The notes under the pieces were generated by a model. It did not search any database. It was not told where the DNA came from and was given only the letters and a program-made list of their open reading frames with translations. A stretch of DNA of 64,000 nucleotides from Hemiscyllium ocellatum (Eukaryota), in NCBI RefSeq assembly GCF_020745735.1, contig NC_083409.1, positions 19,550,341-19,614,340 of the forward strand, given 5' to 3'. Positions within the stretch are counted from its first letter, which is position 1; every line of letters starts with the position of its first letter. The position numbers and the translations under genes were made by a program. Positions 47,500 through 60,115 of this stretch are shown piece by piece.

Positions 47500-50400
47500 A
47501 GAAGGTGATGGTGAAGCAGCAGAGAGAGAAGGGACAATTTTGGACCATCAGTTATGGAATGAATGTAGGCATCTGGAAGGGCTATTGATGGGGGAACATT
47601 TTAGTGACAGTGATCAGAACTCAGTGAGATTGAGAGAAGGGATGGAAACGGAGAACCATGGAGCAAGTGTAAAAGTTTTCATTTTCCTAAACTGTGCAGT
47701 GCTTTGGTAAAATTGGATCGGAACCAATGACATGATGGAAAATCAGTGTCAGGGCAGTGGGATCCCTCGAAGGATGAGACAGACTGTTCTGAATCTGTTC
47801 CCACAATGAGTAAGGGTGGGACTCCCAGATCTAGACCAAACAAGAGGATTGGGTTCACGTACTGACAAAGATTGGGAACTGGTTGGCAGGCAGCACAGAA
47901 AGAATGAGTCTTTTTCTGAATGGCAGGTAATTACAACTTAGGCTGCCACAGGGGTCAGCCCTTGGTACCCAGTTATTCATAATAAATAACAATGGATTCA
48001 TAGGGACCCAAAAGGCCCATCAGCCCATTGTGTCCATACTGGTCAAAAAACAACAACCCAATAATTGTCATCCATTTTTCCAGCAAAAGGGAATTTGATG
48101 CAATGTGTATTTAAGAAGGAATTAGATATAGTTCTTAGGATTAAAGGGATCAAAGAATGTGGGGAGAAAGTAGGAACAGGGGACTGTGTTGGATGAACAG
48201 CCATGATCATATTGAATGGTGGAGCAGGCTTGAAGGGCTGAATGGCCTACTGCTGCTCCTGTGTTTGATGTTTCTATCTGTTTCTCAGATAATGAAGGAA
48301 TATCTCTCATCATTTTGAAGCTGGAAGTCAGATGTGTGTGGAGGTGAAAGATGTGGCCATGGTGACTAATGAATGCAGGTCAGTGAGGTGGTTCAGAAGA
48401 CACATGGGATAAACTGTTTTTCTTTTTCCCTTGATGGAATGAGGGCATTGCTGGATCGGCAACATTTATTGCCCATCCCTAATCACCCAAAGGGCAGTTT
48501 AGAGTCACCCACATTGCTGTGGATCTGGGGTCACATGGTAAGGATGGCAGTTTTCTGCCCTAAAGGACATCAGGGAATCAGATGCTTTTTCCTGACAATC
48601 AACGATGGTTTCATGGTCATCATTAGTCTCTTAATTGCAGATTTTGTTTTGATTGAATTTGAATGCCACCATCTGCTGGATTCTAACCCTGGTCCCCAGA
48701 ATATTATCTGGATCTCTGGATTAACAGCTCAGCAATATCACCATTAGACCATCACCTCCCTTATCTCATTTTTGGTTGACTGTGAAAGCAAGGAGTTTGT
48801 TCATTCTGGAACTGTATAAAACCCCAGTTAGAGCACAGTGAGAGAGCTGTGTACGGTTCTGGTCACCACATTACAGGAAGGATGTGATTCCATTAGAGAT
48901 GGGGACAGAGGAGGAGTTTGTCTGGAATGGGGACTTTGAGCTTTGCGGAATGATTGGATTGGCTGGGACTGTTTTCTTTGGAACACAGGAGGCTGAGGGG
49001 AGATTTGATGGTGGTGTATAAAATGATGAGGGGCCTGGACCGAGTGGGTAGGAAGGACTGATTTCCACCAGCACAGAGGGCAATAACCATGGGGAGAGAT
49101 TGAAATCAGTTGGGGGCAGGATTAGAGGGGGGTTGAGGGTATTTGTTTTCACCCAGAGCTTGGTGGGATGTGGGACTCACTGTCTGAAAGGGTGGGAGAG
49201 GCAGAAACCCTCATCACATTGAAAAAACACTTAGATGTTCACTTGAAACAGCGAAACTTCCAGAGCTATGGAGCAAGAGCTGGAAAGTGGGGTGGAGCGT
49301 GATATCTCTTTAACAAACCTCCGATTACCCACAGATCAGGATAACCTTATCCAAGAACATTGGAGCAGACTCGGATCCACACACGTCAGGAAAGAATCAC
49401 GTTGGGTGTCTGTGTAGAAGATTCTAGATTATATTTCAAACTTTGCTGCACACTATTGGGCTGAGGTCAAGGGTGAGGCTGCAAAGAGTCTCAGTGTCCT
49501 AGGGTCAGACAGGGTCACTGCTCCTAATGACCCCACGACTCCTGGAAGGTGAGAGTGCGCAGACAATGGATGAGGATCCAGATCAGGAGACTCCAACCTT
49601 CAAGAAAGACTTGCACTTGTGTAGCACCTGTCCCCAATTCAGGATGTCCCACTGGATCTTTCCAGCAGACTGTGCACAGCGAGATCCCAAACACCATGTG
49701 ATAATTAGCAGAGAAATACATTCTGAGTGATTTTGACTGGGGGATAAATATTGACCAGGGACACCAGAGGGAACTGCCTTCTCTTCATCCAATAGTGCCA
49801 TGGAATGGCATCTTTCACAACTGAAAGACTCTCAGTTCATCCAAAAAATGAAGAATAGTTCCTTGAAGATGAAGTTGCAGGTAGGTAGGGAAGTGACAAA
49901 GTCATTTGGTTTGCTTTCCTTTATTTGTCAGTGCATTGAGTATTGGAGTTGGGAGCTGTTGCGGCTGTACAGGACATTGGTTAGGGCACTTTTGGAATAC
50001 TGTGTGCAATTCAGTTCTCCTTGATGTAGGAAAAATGTTGCGAATCTTAAAATGATTTACAAGGATGTTGCCAAGGTTAGAGGGTTTGCATGAAAAGGAG
50101 AGGCTGAATAGGCTGAGGCTGTTTTTCCTGGATCATTGCAGGTTGATGGGTGACCGTATAGAGGTTTATAAAATCATGAGCGGCATAGATAGGGTGAATA
50201 GAGAAGATTTTTTTCTCCAGAGTTGGGGAGTCCAGAACTGGAGGGCATAGGCTGAAGGTGACAGGGGAAAGATTTAAAAGGGACCTAAGGGACAATGTTT
50301 CCATTCAGAGGGTGTTAAATGTATGGAATGAGCTGCCAGAGGAGGTGGTGAAAGCTGGGACAATTACAACATTTAAAAGGCATGGATATGTAAATAGGAA

Positions 50401-50520
50401 GATGTTAGAGGGATATGGGCCAAATGCTGGCAAGTGGGACTAGATTAATTTCAGATATCTGGTCAGCATGGATGAGTTGGACCAAAGGGTCTGATTCTGT
50501 GCTGTCCATCTCTCTGACTC
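47500..50520 (+). mobile_element. Cluster of decayed CR1 LINE fragments and older SINE pieces in the J-C intron
   Basis: Repeated CR1 C-terminal motifs (LYRTLVRALLEYCVQF, RLNRLRLFFL...GDRIEVYKIM). Confidence 0.7.
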
Positions 50521-50859
50521 TAATTGTATTTCAATCCAGCCCTTAACACTTCAGGCTCTCCCAAAGACATTTACAGACAGTTTTGTTTGACAAGCAGTCA
50601 CTGTTGCAATGTCAGTAACGTGGCAGCCAGTTTCTACACAGCAAGATCCCACTGGAAGCAATGAGATCAATGATGTCGGCTCAACGATAAATATTGGCCT
50701 GAACTCAACCCAAAGAGAAAGGAATTTGGTTCAGTTGGATGGAAAATGAGAAAATGGAAGGTAAAGGAGAAGGTAGGATTGCTGGTTAGTGATGGGATTG
50801 ATTGTTACCAAAAAATAAAAGAAAGGGATGGAATTTTTAAATATCAAAGGGATCATAAA

Positions 50860-53660
50860 AGTGCAGGGAAAATCAACAATAGAACAAACTTCAAGAGTTT
50901 GTATCTAAATGCACAAAGCAATCTGAGTAAGGTTGACAAAGTGATGCCACACATTGAGGTAAATTGAGTTTCCAAGGAATTTAAACTAGTTAAAGTGGAG
51001 GAGGGCTCAGGAAAGGTTATTCAAGTTTCTAGAAGATGTAAAAGGACAGAGAGTACAGAAAGGATCCGGAATTGAACATAAAGCACAGCAGCTAAGAGGA
51101 CAATGATTGGAAGGAGGGCAGTCAATGCAGGACTGAGGGTGTTGTACTTAAATGCACACAGTGTACACAATGGGCTTGTAGTGCAGATTGAAACTGGCAG
51201 GTACGATGTTGTGGGTATCACAGGGACATGGCTGAAAGGGAATTCGGGCTGGTAACTAAATATCCAAGGTTATATGTCCTATCAAAAGGACGGGCAGATG
51301 GGCAGAGGGGGAAGAGTTGCCTTGTTAGTGAGAAATGAAATTAAATCAATAGCAAGAAGTGATGTAGAGTCAGAAGGTGTAGTATCTGTGTGGGTAGAGC
51401 TGAGGAACTGCAATAAATAAAGAATCTGATGCAAGTTATGTCCAGGTCTCCAAGCAGTAATCAGGATGTGGGGAAGGAAATCAGTCAGGAGACAGAAAAT
51501 GTCAGGGCAGACTTCAATGGATCGGTGGACTGGGTAGTGTATCTCAAGGAAAGGATTTCATTGAATGTCTATGAGATGGATTTTGGAGCAGCTTGTGGTT
51601 GAGCCATTATGGAACAGGCAGGTCTGGATTCAGTGATGTGTATTGAGGCAAACATGACTAGTGAGTTTAAGGTGAAAGTATCCCTGTGGATAAGTGACCA
51701 TAATACAATAGAATTCCCCCTGTAGTTTGAGAGGGAGAAGCTGCAATCAGATTGAACAGTATTTCAGTTGAGTAAAGGTAACTCAATGTGGTGGAGAATA
51801 GTGGGAAGCCAGCGGATTAGGAAGCCTTTAAAAACCTGCAGAGGATAACTGAAAAAGCATAAAGGGTGGAGAATGTGAAATGTGGGAGTTATCTAGCCAG
51901 TAATATACAAGAAGATTGCAGGAGTTTTATCAGGTGTATAAAAAGGAAGTGTGAGTCAAAAATAGACTATGGATCACTGGAAAATGAGGCTGGAGAATGA
52001 ATAACAGGGAATGAAGGAATAGCAGAGGAATTGAATAGATATTTTGCCTCAGTCTGCACCATGGAAAACACCAGCAGTGTCCCAGTACTTCAAGACTGTC
52101 AGGGGCAGAGGGGAGTGCAGTGGCCATCACTAAGGAGGAGGTACAGGGGAAGCTGGAAGGTCTGAATGTGGATAACGCACCCAGACTGGATGAACTACAC
52201 CAGTGTGTTCTGAAGGAGATTGGTGAGGAGATTGTGGAGGCATTGGTGATGATCTTTCAGTAATCAATGGAGTCAGGGTGTGGAGGTGAGATGGGGATGG
52301 ATTTGGTGGGGGCAAGGGACAGGAAAATGGCTCACATATCACCCCTGTTTAAGAAGGGAGGGAGGTAGAAGATGGGACATTATCAGCCAGTTAGCCAGGA
52401 CTCAGTTGTTGGTAAGGTTTTAGACTTCAATTTAAGGATGAAATTGCAGAGGACTTGGAAGTGCAATGGCTTCATCAAGGAGACGTCATGCCTGGCAAAT
52501 CTGTTAGAATTCGTTGAGGAGGCAATGAGCCAGTCAGACAAAGGAGAGTCCGAGGAAGTAATCTATTTGGATTTCCACAAGGCATTTGACATAAGACAAG
52601 TGCCCACAGTATTAGAGGCAATGTAGTGGCATGGATTGAAGACTGGCAGGTTGGCATAAAGCAGAACGTGAGGAACAATGGCCGCTGGTGACTAGTAGAG
52701 TTCTGCATGTGTCAATGTTAGGACCATAACTATTCACGTTATACATGAACAATCTGGATGAAGGAAGTGAAGACATTGTTGCTAGGTTTGCAGGTGACAT
52801 GAGGTAGGTGGAGGGACAGGTAGTGTTGCGGACGTGGGAAGGCTGTAAAAGCTCCTGGATAGGCTCGGAGAGTGGGCAAAGAAGTGGGCAGATAGAATAC
52901 AATGTGTGACAGTGTGAGGGTGTGCACTTTGGGAGGAAGAAGAGATGCAAAGACTGTTTGCTAAATAAGGAAAGCCTTTGGAAATCTAAAGCACAAACCT
53001 CATTCAGGTTTCCCTTCAGGTTAACAGGCAGGTCCAGTTTGTGCTTGGGAAGGCAAATGAAATGATAGCATTCATTTCAATAGGGCCAGAATACAAGAGC
53101 AGAGATGTACTGCTGAGGCTGTGTCAGGCTCTGGTCAGACCACATTTGGAATATTGTGAGCAGATTTGGGACCCATAGTCTAAGAAACAATGTGCTGGTA
53201 TTGGATGGGTTTACAAGAATGATCCTGGGAATGAAGGGTTTGTCATATGAGGCGTGGTTGAGGACTCTGGGTCTGTACTCGATGGAGTTTAGAAGAATGA
53301 TGAGGGATCTGAATGAAATTTGCAGAATACTGATCGGCCTGGATAGAGTGGATACAGGGCAGACTCGGGAACCAAGGCACAACCTCAGAATGAAGGGCCG
53401 ACCCTTTCGAGCTGAGGTGAGGAGGAATTTCTTCAGCCAGAAGGTGGTGAATCTGTGAAACTCATTGCTACAGAGGGCAAGGGAGGCCAAGTCACTGAGT
53501 GTATTTAAGACAGAGATAGATAGGTTTGTGATTGTGAAGGGGATCGAACGTTCCTGTGGAGTAGGCAGGGGAATAGGGGTGAGAAGCATATCTGCCAAGA
53601 TCAAATGGCAGAGCAGATTCAATGGGCTGAATGGCTGATTTCTGCTCCTATTTCTTAAAG
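50860..53660 (+). mobile_element. Long decayed CR1 ORF2 (endonuclease through 3' UTR)
   Basis: LYLNAQS, SCLANLLEFVEE...YLDFHKAFD and GMKGLSYEAWLRTLGLYSMEFRRM motifs. Confidence 0.8.
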
Positions 53661-55682
53661 ACTTCTGGACAGTTTCCCCCCAAAACCCTGGAACACTGAA
53701 CCCACTGGACTGTGAGCCCTGCTGGAGCTGTTTGTCATCAGAAATTTGCCAAGAGACAACCAAAGAGTGGAGAGAGTGTGCATCCATGTGGGAATTTCAG
53801 AATGCTTCCTAGCTCCTGGAATACCTTTAGTACAGGAAGTGTGGTCAGTGACAGCAGTTGGAGCTCTGGGTTTTGGAGCTTAAGCAGCAGCTGGTGTCAG
53901 TGCGGAGCGTCCGTGAGGCTGAGAGCTCTGTGGAGAGCACGTTTCTAGATGTGGTCACTCTGCAGCTTCAGAGTATGCAGGGTCAGAGGGAATGGGGGAG
54001 CAGCAGACAGTCCAGAAGAAGCAGGCAGCTAGTACAGGAATCCCCTGACTGTATCCCACTCTCCAACCAGGATTCAGTTTGGAATCCTGATGAGAATGAT
54101 GGGAGTGTAGCCAGAGCCAAGTCCATGGCACCATGGGGGGGCTCAGCTTTATTGGGGGTGGGGGGGGGGGTGTGGTGGTATAAGGAAGACTGGAAGAGTG
54201 ATCGTGAAAGGAGATTCGAGAGTGAGGGCATCGATAGGTGTTTCTGCAGCTGCAGATGGGAATCCAGGATGGTGTGTTGTCTCCCTGGTGCCAGGGTGAA
54301 GGATGTCACTGAGCGACTGCGGAGCACCCTGAGGGGAGAGGGGGAACAGGCAGCAGTCGTGGTCCACATCAGTCCCAGTGACAGAGGGAGGAAAGGGATG
54401 TAGTCCTGCAGTCAGAATTTAGGGAGCTCAGAAGGGAAATAACATCAGAAACTCAAAAGTAGGAATCTTCAGGTTACTCCCAGTGCCCCAGGCAAGTGAG
54501 AAGAGGAGCAGGAGGATAACACAAGTGACTGTGGGGCTGGAAAGAGTATCCAGGAGGGAGGTTTTAGATTCTTGTGACATTGGGGCTGGGTCTGGGGGAG
54601 ATGGGACCTGGGTAGACCAGACAGCGTTGCTCCTGAACAGAGCTGGCACTGAGCTCCATTGAGGTGATCTACTCGTGCTGTTGGAGAGGGTTTAAACTAA
54701 CTTGGCAGGGCTGTGGGAGCCAGGAGGGAATATCGGAGAGGAACACCAAGATCCACAGAATCATCAGTGCAGTCAATAAGTCACCATCCAGTGGGAAGGA
54801 TTTAGAGGAATACGTTTGCAAGGAATTTACAGAGACCTGCAAATATAAATAGGGTGGGGGGGAATGTCTTTAATTTCTCAATATAGACTGGGATAGTAGC
54901 AGTGTGAAGGACAGAGAGGGACCAGAGTTGTGAGAGTGTGTTCATGTGAATTTTCCCCAGCCGCATGTTTCCAGTCCAATGAGAAAGGAGGCTCTGCTAG
55001 ATCTGGATCTTGGCCCAAGTGGATCAAGTGTCAGAGAGAGGACACTTAAGGAAGAGTGATCATTGTATCACAAAGTTGAGGGTGATGGTAGAAAAGACCA
55101 AATGCCTTTTCAGGGTCAAACATCTTCACTGTGGAAAATGCCAGCTTCTATAGGATATGGATGTAACGGATCCGAATAAAGTGGGATCAAACGTTGGCAG
55201 GAAAGTCCTGAAAAGAATAGTAGAGGATGTGGACCAGGTATAGTCGAGATACATTTGAAGGAGGGCAAACAATTCCTGAACTTACTCAAGGGCAAAAGTG
55301 GTAGAATTATGGTAAATAAGAAAAGGGAAAAGAGTAACTAGAGAGAGAATAGGGCCCTATGAAGATGAACAATGTACCTCTGGGTGGATCCACAGGAAAT
55401 GGTTTAAGTCTTAAATGAATATTCCAGGTCAGTATTTATCATGGAGAAGGACATGGAAATTTGGGAACTTTGGAAGTAAATAGTAATGTCTTGACACAAG
55501 TCCACATTACAGAAGAGGATTTCTTAAAGTGCAAGATGGTAGATGAATCTCCAGGACCTGATCAGGTGTATCCCAGGACATTGTGGAAACCTAGGAAAGA
55601 GATTGCTGGATCCCTTGCTGAGGTATGTTTCTGATTGACAGCCATGAGTGAGGTTCTGGAGAACCAGAGAGGTTGGCTAATT

Positions 55683-56005
55683 TTAGATTAGATTAGATTA
55701 GACTTACAGTGTGGAAACTAGGCCCTTCGGCCCAACAAGTCCACACCGACCCGCCGAAGCGAAACCCACCCATACCCCTACATTACCCCTTACCTAACAC
55801 TACGGGCAATTTTAGCATGGCCAATTCACCTGACCCGCACATCTTTGGAATGTGGGAGGAAACCGGAGCACCCGGAGGAAACCCACGCAGACACGGGGAG
55901 AACGTGCAAACTCCACACAGTCAGTCGCCTGAGTCGGGAATTGAACCCGGGTCTTCAGGCGCTGTGAGGCAGCAGTGCTAACCACTGTGCCACCGTGCCG
56001 CCCAC
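55683..56005 (-). mobile_element. Full-length HE1-type V-SINE
   Basis: Reverse complement of the 5072 and 31281 SINEs, flanked by aattttagatta at 55679-55690 and 56007-56018. Confidence 0.9.
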
Positions 56006-56589
56006 CAATTTTAGATTATGTTAGCCATTGTCTAAGGAAAAGCCAGGGAACTATAAACCAGTGAGCCTGATGTCATTGCTGGGTAAGATATTGGAGTGAA
56101 TTCTGAGGGACAGGATTTACATGCATTTGGACAATCAATGCAGTTTTGTGCATGGTAATCGTGTCTCACTAACGTGATTGAGGTTGTTTGAAGAGAAGAT
56201 TGATGTCAGCAGAACAGTAGACACTGTCTATATGGACTTCAGCAAAGCATTTGACAAGGTTCCACATGATAGACTGATTAGTAAGATTAGGCCACATGGG
56301 ATCCAGGGGGAGCTAGCCATTTGGGTAAAAAAATGACTTCAAGATAGGAGACAGAGAGTGGTGGTAAGGGGTTGCTTTTCAGACTGGAGATCAGATGTCA
56401 GCTGTGTGCCACAAGGATTGGTGCTGGTTCCACGGCTTTTCATCATTTAAATACATGATTTGGATGTGAATATAAGAATTATAGCGAGTTTGTAAATGAC
56501 CCCAAAATTGGTGGTACAGTGGATAGTGAAGAAGCATATCTGAGAGTACAGTGGGACCTTGATCATTTGGGGAAATGGGCAGAGGTGTG

Positions 56590-56815
56590 GCAAATGGACA
56601 AAAGTGCAGACTGCAGATGCTGGAAACCAGAGTTTAGATCAGAGTGGTGCTAGAAAAGCACAGCATGTCAGGCAGCATCCGAGGAGCAGAAAAATCGACG
56701 TTTCGGCTAGAGGAATCCTGATGAAGGGCTTTTGCCTGAAACGTCAATTTTCCTGCTCCTCGGATGTTGCCTGACCTGCTGTGCTTTTCCAGCACCACTC
56801 TGATCTAAACTTGTG
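56590..56815. mobile_element. Palindromic Penelope-derived repeat with the most intact hammerhead core in the window
   Basis: CTGATGA-A-GGGC-TTTT-GCCT-GAAA-CGTC at 56718-56745, giving a palindromic ACGT helix III and a GUC triplet. Confidence 0.75.
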
Positions 56816-56932
56816 ACAAATGGAGTTCAATTTAGATAAATGTGAGATGTTGCATTTTGGAATGTCAAACCAGGGCAGGACTTATACTGTTCATGGTGGG
56901 GACCTGTGGAGTGTTGCTCAACAAAGTGACAT

Positions 56933-57043
56933 CAGGGTGCAGGGGCAGGGGCAGGTGCAGGGGCAGGGGCAGGTGCAGGGGCAGGGGCAGGTGCAGGGGC
57001 AGGGGCAGGGGCAGGTGCAGGGGCAGGGGCAGATGCAGGGGCA
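56933..57043. repeat. G-rich minisatellite (gtgcaggggcaggggcag)n
   Basis: About 6 units of 18 bp built from a caGGGG hexamer, inside a CR1 copy. Confidence 0.9.
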
Positions 57044-57709
57044 TTATTCCTTGACAGTGAAGTCACAGGGAGACAGGGAGATGAAGAAGGTGTTGGGTAC
57101 ACTTGCTTTATTGGTCACTGCACTAAGTGTCAGAGTTGGGACATCATTTGCAGCTGTACAGGAAATTTGGGAATAATGTGAACAATTCTGATCATCCTGT
57201 GATATGAAGGATGCTGTTAAACTTAAAATTCTTCAGAAAAGATTTCCATGGATGTTGCCTGGAACTGGAGGGTTTGAGCTGTCGGAAGAAGCTCAATAGA
57301 CGGGGTATTTTTCCTGCAGGATCGGAGACTGAGGGGTGGCCTTATAGATGTTTATAAAATCATGACGGGCATGGACAGGGTGTATATCCCAGGTCTTTGC
57401 CTTGGGAAAGGGAATCCAAAACTAGAGGGTATAGGTTTAAGATGGGAGGCAAAAGATCCAAAAGGGACCTGAGGGGTAACTTGTCACACAGAGGGTGGTG
57501 CGTGTCCGGATCGAGCTGTCAGAGAAAGTGCTGGTGACGGATACAATTATAACATTTAAAAGATGTTTGGATGGGTACATGAATAGGAAGGGTTTAGAGG
57601 GATGTGGGCTAAATGCTGGCAAATGGGATGAGGTCAGTTTTGGATATCTAGTTAGCATGGAGAGGTTAGACTGAAAGATCTGTTTCCACGCTGTCTGACT
57701 CCGTGACCA

Positions 57710-58520
57710 TTAGAGGCTGGAAAAACTGAGATCTTTTACCCTGAAGTGCCGGAGGCTGAGGAGTGACCTTATAGAGGTTTATAAAATCATGAGGGACATA
57801 AATAATGTGAATAATACAGGAAGGAGGTGAATGTTTTGTAGAGCTGGCAAACATATGCACAAAGATCATTCCAGGGAAGAGGAATATCAGTTATGAAGAT
57901 AGATTGGAGAATTTGGGACTGTCTTCTTTGGAGAAAGTTACAGATCACACAACATCAGGTTATAGTCCAACAGGTTAATGTGGAAGCACTAGCTTTTGGA
58001 GCACCGCTGACAACCATTTGATGAAGGAGGGGCGCTCCGAAAGCTAGTGCTTCCAAATAAACCCCCTGTTGGACTATAACCTGGTGTTGTGTGATTTTTA
58101 GCTTTGTCCACCCCAGTCCAACACTGGCACCTTCAAGTCTTTGGAGAAGGCAGCGAGGAGAATTGTTCCAGAAATTCAAAATCAGGAGGGGGCCTGGAAC
58201 AGAGTAAATAGGGAGAAAATGATTCCACTTGTGAAAGGATTGAGACCGAGAGGCCACAGATTGAAAGTAATTGGAAAAGTAAGAAAAGTGAGATGGGGAA
58301 CAACATTTCAGTCAGTGAGTGGTTAAGGTGTGGAATGCACTGCCTGAGAGTGTGGTGGAGGCAGCTTCAATTGAAACATTCCGAAGGGAATGAGACTGTT
58401 ATCTGAAAAGGAACAATGTGCAGGGTGACAGGGAGAAGGCAGGAGAATGACACTCAGTGAATTGGTGATTTGGAGAGCTAGTCCAGACAGGATGGACGGA
58501 ATGGCCTCTTGTGCACTGTA
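57710..58520 (+). mobile_element. CR1 3' fragments interrupted by a Penelope-derived palindrome (57950-58130)
   Basis: CR1 tail motifs, plus a ttgatgaaggaggggcgctccgaaagctagtg hammerhead-like core near 58018-58053. Confidence 0.6.
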
Positions 58521-58988
58521 ACAGTTCTGTGATTGTGTGATTGAGCAGAGTTAAAGCTGGGGGAGGTGGGAGCTCGGTGTCTCACTGTGCTGCTGCTGCT
58601 GCTGCTGCTGCTGAGGTCAGTGAGATCAGAGACTGGGACAGGGAGCCAGAGCTCACATCAAACTCTGCCCGTGTCCATCACACTGAGACTGGCAGGAGGC
58701 TACTCATTGATTTCACTCCATGCTGCAGGAATGGGACCACAGGCTGCAAATGGACAGAGCTCTTCCACATGGTGAGTAAAACTTACTGACTTATATCTTG
58801 CTTTTTTTAAAGAGGGCATGAAAGTAAAGAAATACAACTGGACACCCTGCTAAACACAGTGCTCAAGTCAAACAACCATTTCATTCACTGCAGCTCCCCA
58901 CTAACACCTTCAACAAATCAGTAACTGTATTTTAGAAAGTGTGTTTCAGTTTGACAGGGTTAATAACAGAGGATTGAAGTTTACTTAC

Positions 58989-59023
58989 TCAGTCTGAGCT
59001 TGGTTCCTTTACCGAACGTGTAC
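58989..59023 (-). CDS. IGKJ: Ig kappa J segment (YTFGKGTKLRL)
   Basis: FGXG motif and donor A|GTAAGT, directly abutting the heptamer. Confidence 0.96.
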
Positions 59024-59062
59024 CACAGTGAGAGCTCCCAGTGCAGAGGCTGTACAAAAACC
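59024..59062 (+). other. J recombination signal sequence, 23-bp spacer
   Basis: CACAGTG - 23 nt - ACAAAAACC, perfect consensus. Confidence 0.97.
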
Positions 59063-59493
59063 TCAGCTCTCTGCTTCCCTCTTATCACTGTCAACCTCTC
59101 TCTGTCTCTGTCTGTCTCTCACTCACTCTCACCCTCTCCCTGCCCCTCTCTGTCTCTCCCTCATTCATGTGTCTTTCTCTCTCTGTCTCTCTGGGTCGTT
59201 TCCAGCTGGGCTCGGGAGGTTGGTGAAATTTATTTTTCGATGTTAAATCTTGCAGCAGGTTTTCACATGTGGCTATAGAGTGTAAGAGGGAAACTAGAGG
59301 CCTTCAGTGAGTGTTGAAACACCACAGGGATTGGAGTGTGTCGTGGACAGTGGCAATCCCAGTTTGAGGTAATTTGATCAGCTTCATTTAGATCTAACTG
59401 GATATGTCAGTTCAGGTGGTGGGACAGTGTGTCCATTATCATACATTTTATGTAACTGTGGGATGTGTCAGGAGGTAGTGCTTTATGTATTGA

Positions 59494-59521
59494 GGTTTTT
59501 GTACAGCTCTGTGTCACTGTG
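59494..59521 (-). other. V recombination signal sequence, 12-bp spacer
   Basis: CACAGTG - 12 nt - ACAAAAACC on the minus strand, perfect consensus. V12/J23 is the kappa configuration. Confidence 0.97.
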
Positions 59522-59820
59522 TCGAGGGGAGCTGTAAACTTGCTGACAGTAATAGTCAGCGACATCCTCATTCTGAACGTTGCTGATTTTCAGGGTGAAA
59601 CTGGTCCCTGATCCACTGCCGGTGAATCGATCGGAGACTCCTGTGAATCGATTTGTTGCATAATAGATCAGGAGAGAGGGTTTCTGACCTTCTCGCTGCT
59701 GGTACCAGTTAACATAGTTGCTAACAGATTGACTGGCCGTACAGGTGAGTGTTGCGGTCTGGTCCAGTCCCACTGACAGCACTGGGGGAGACTGGGTCAT
59801 GCTGATGTCCCCACTGATAC
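59522..59820 (-). CDS. IGKV: Ig kappa V exon (end of leader plus V region)
   Basis: [100 protein letters not shown]. Invariant Cys/Trp/Cys and an open frame; resembles recalled nurse shark NS4. Confidence 0.96.
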
Positions 59821-60006
59821 CTGAGGGGTCAGAGAGAAACACAGTGAAGTCAGAACTGTCACAGAAAGAGCCTGTCAAATGAGAGATTATTGGAGACACT
59901 GAGCACTCCTCTAGTTTCAGTATTTTCCCTTCAATCACAAGTCAGTGGAATTGGAGTGAAATGGAGAGCAGGGAAAGATTCAAGGTGGAAGGAGAGAGAT
60001 TTGTAC

Positions 60007-60055
60007 CTGCAACACAGAATGCCAGGGCCCAGATCAGCTGGATGTGTGAAATCAT
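60007..60055 (-). CDS. IGKV: Ig kappa leader exon MISHIQLIWALAFCVA
   Basis: accATG start, 49 nt, phase-1 donor G|GTacaa that fits the V exon. Confidence 0.93.
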
Positions 60056-60115
60056 GGTGTGTGCTCCTGTCCCTGTGCCTGGTTCCAGATAAACTCTCCC
60101 TTCACTGGACTCTGC

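Larger units (their letters stand above)
53690..57710 (+). mobile_element. Decayed CR1 LINE with ORF1 esterase (SGNH-like) remnant and ORF2, carrying nested insertions
   Basis: MVCCLPGARVKDVTERLRSTLRGEGEQAAVVVHI (CR1 ORF1-like), with MEFNLDKCEMLHFG downstream. Confidence 0.75.

Noticed and set aside
56820-57176. ORFs with QGQGQV or GRGRCR repeats
   Set aside because: Translation of an 18-bp minisatellite inside a CR1 fragment.
58583-58589. Isolated heptamer in the J-C intron, suggesting a kappa-deleting-element system
   Set aside because: No nonamer at 12 or 23 bp, and no partner RSS found downstream of C. Other heptamers I checked (10083, 38852, 46136, 48834) also lack nonamers, and a 7-mer is expected by chance.
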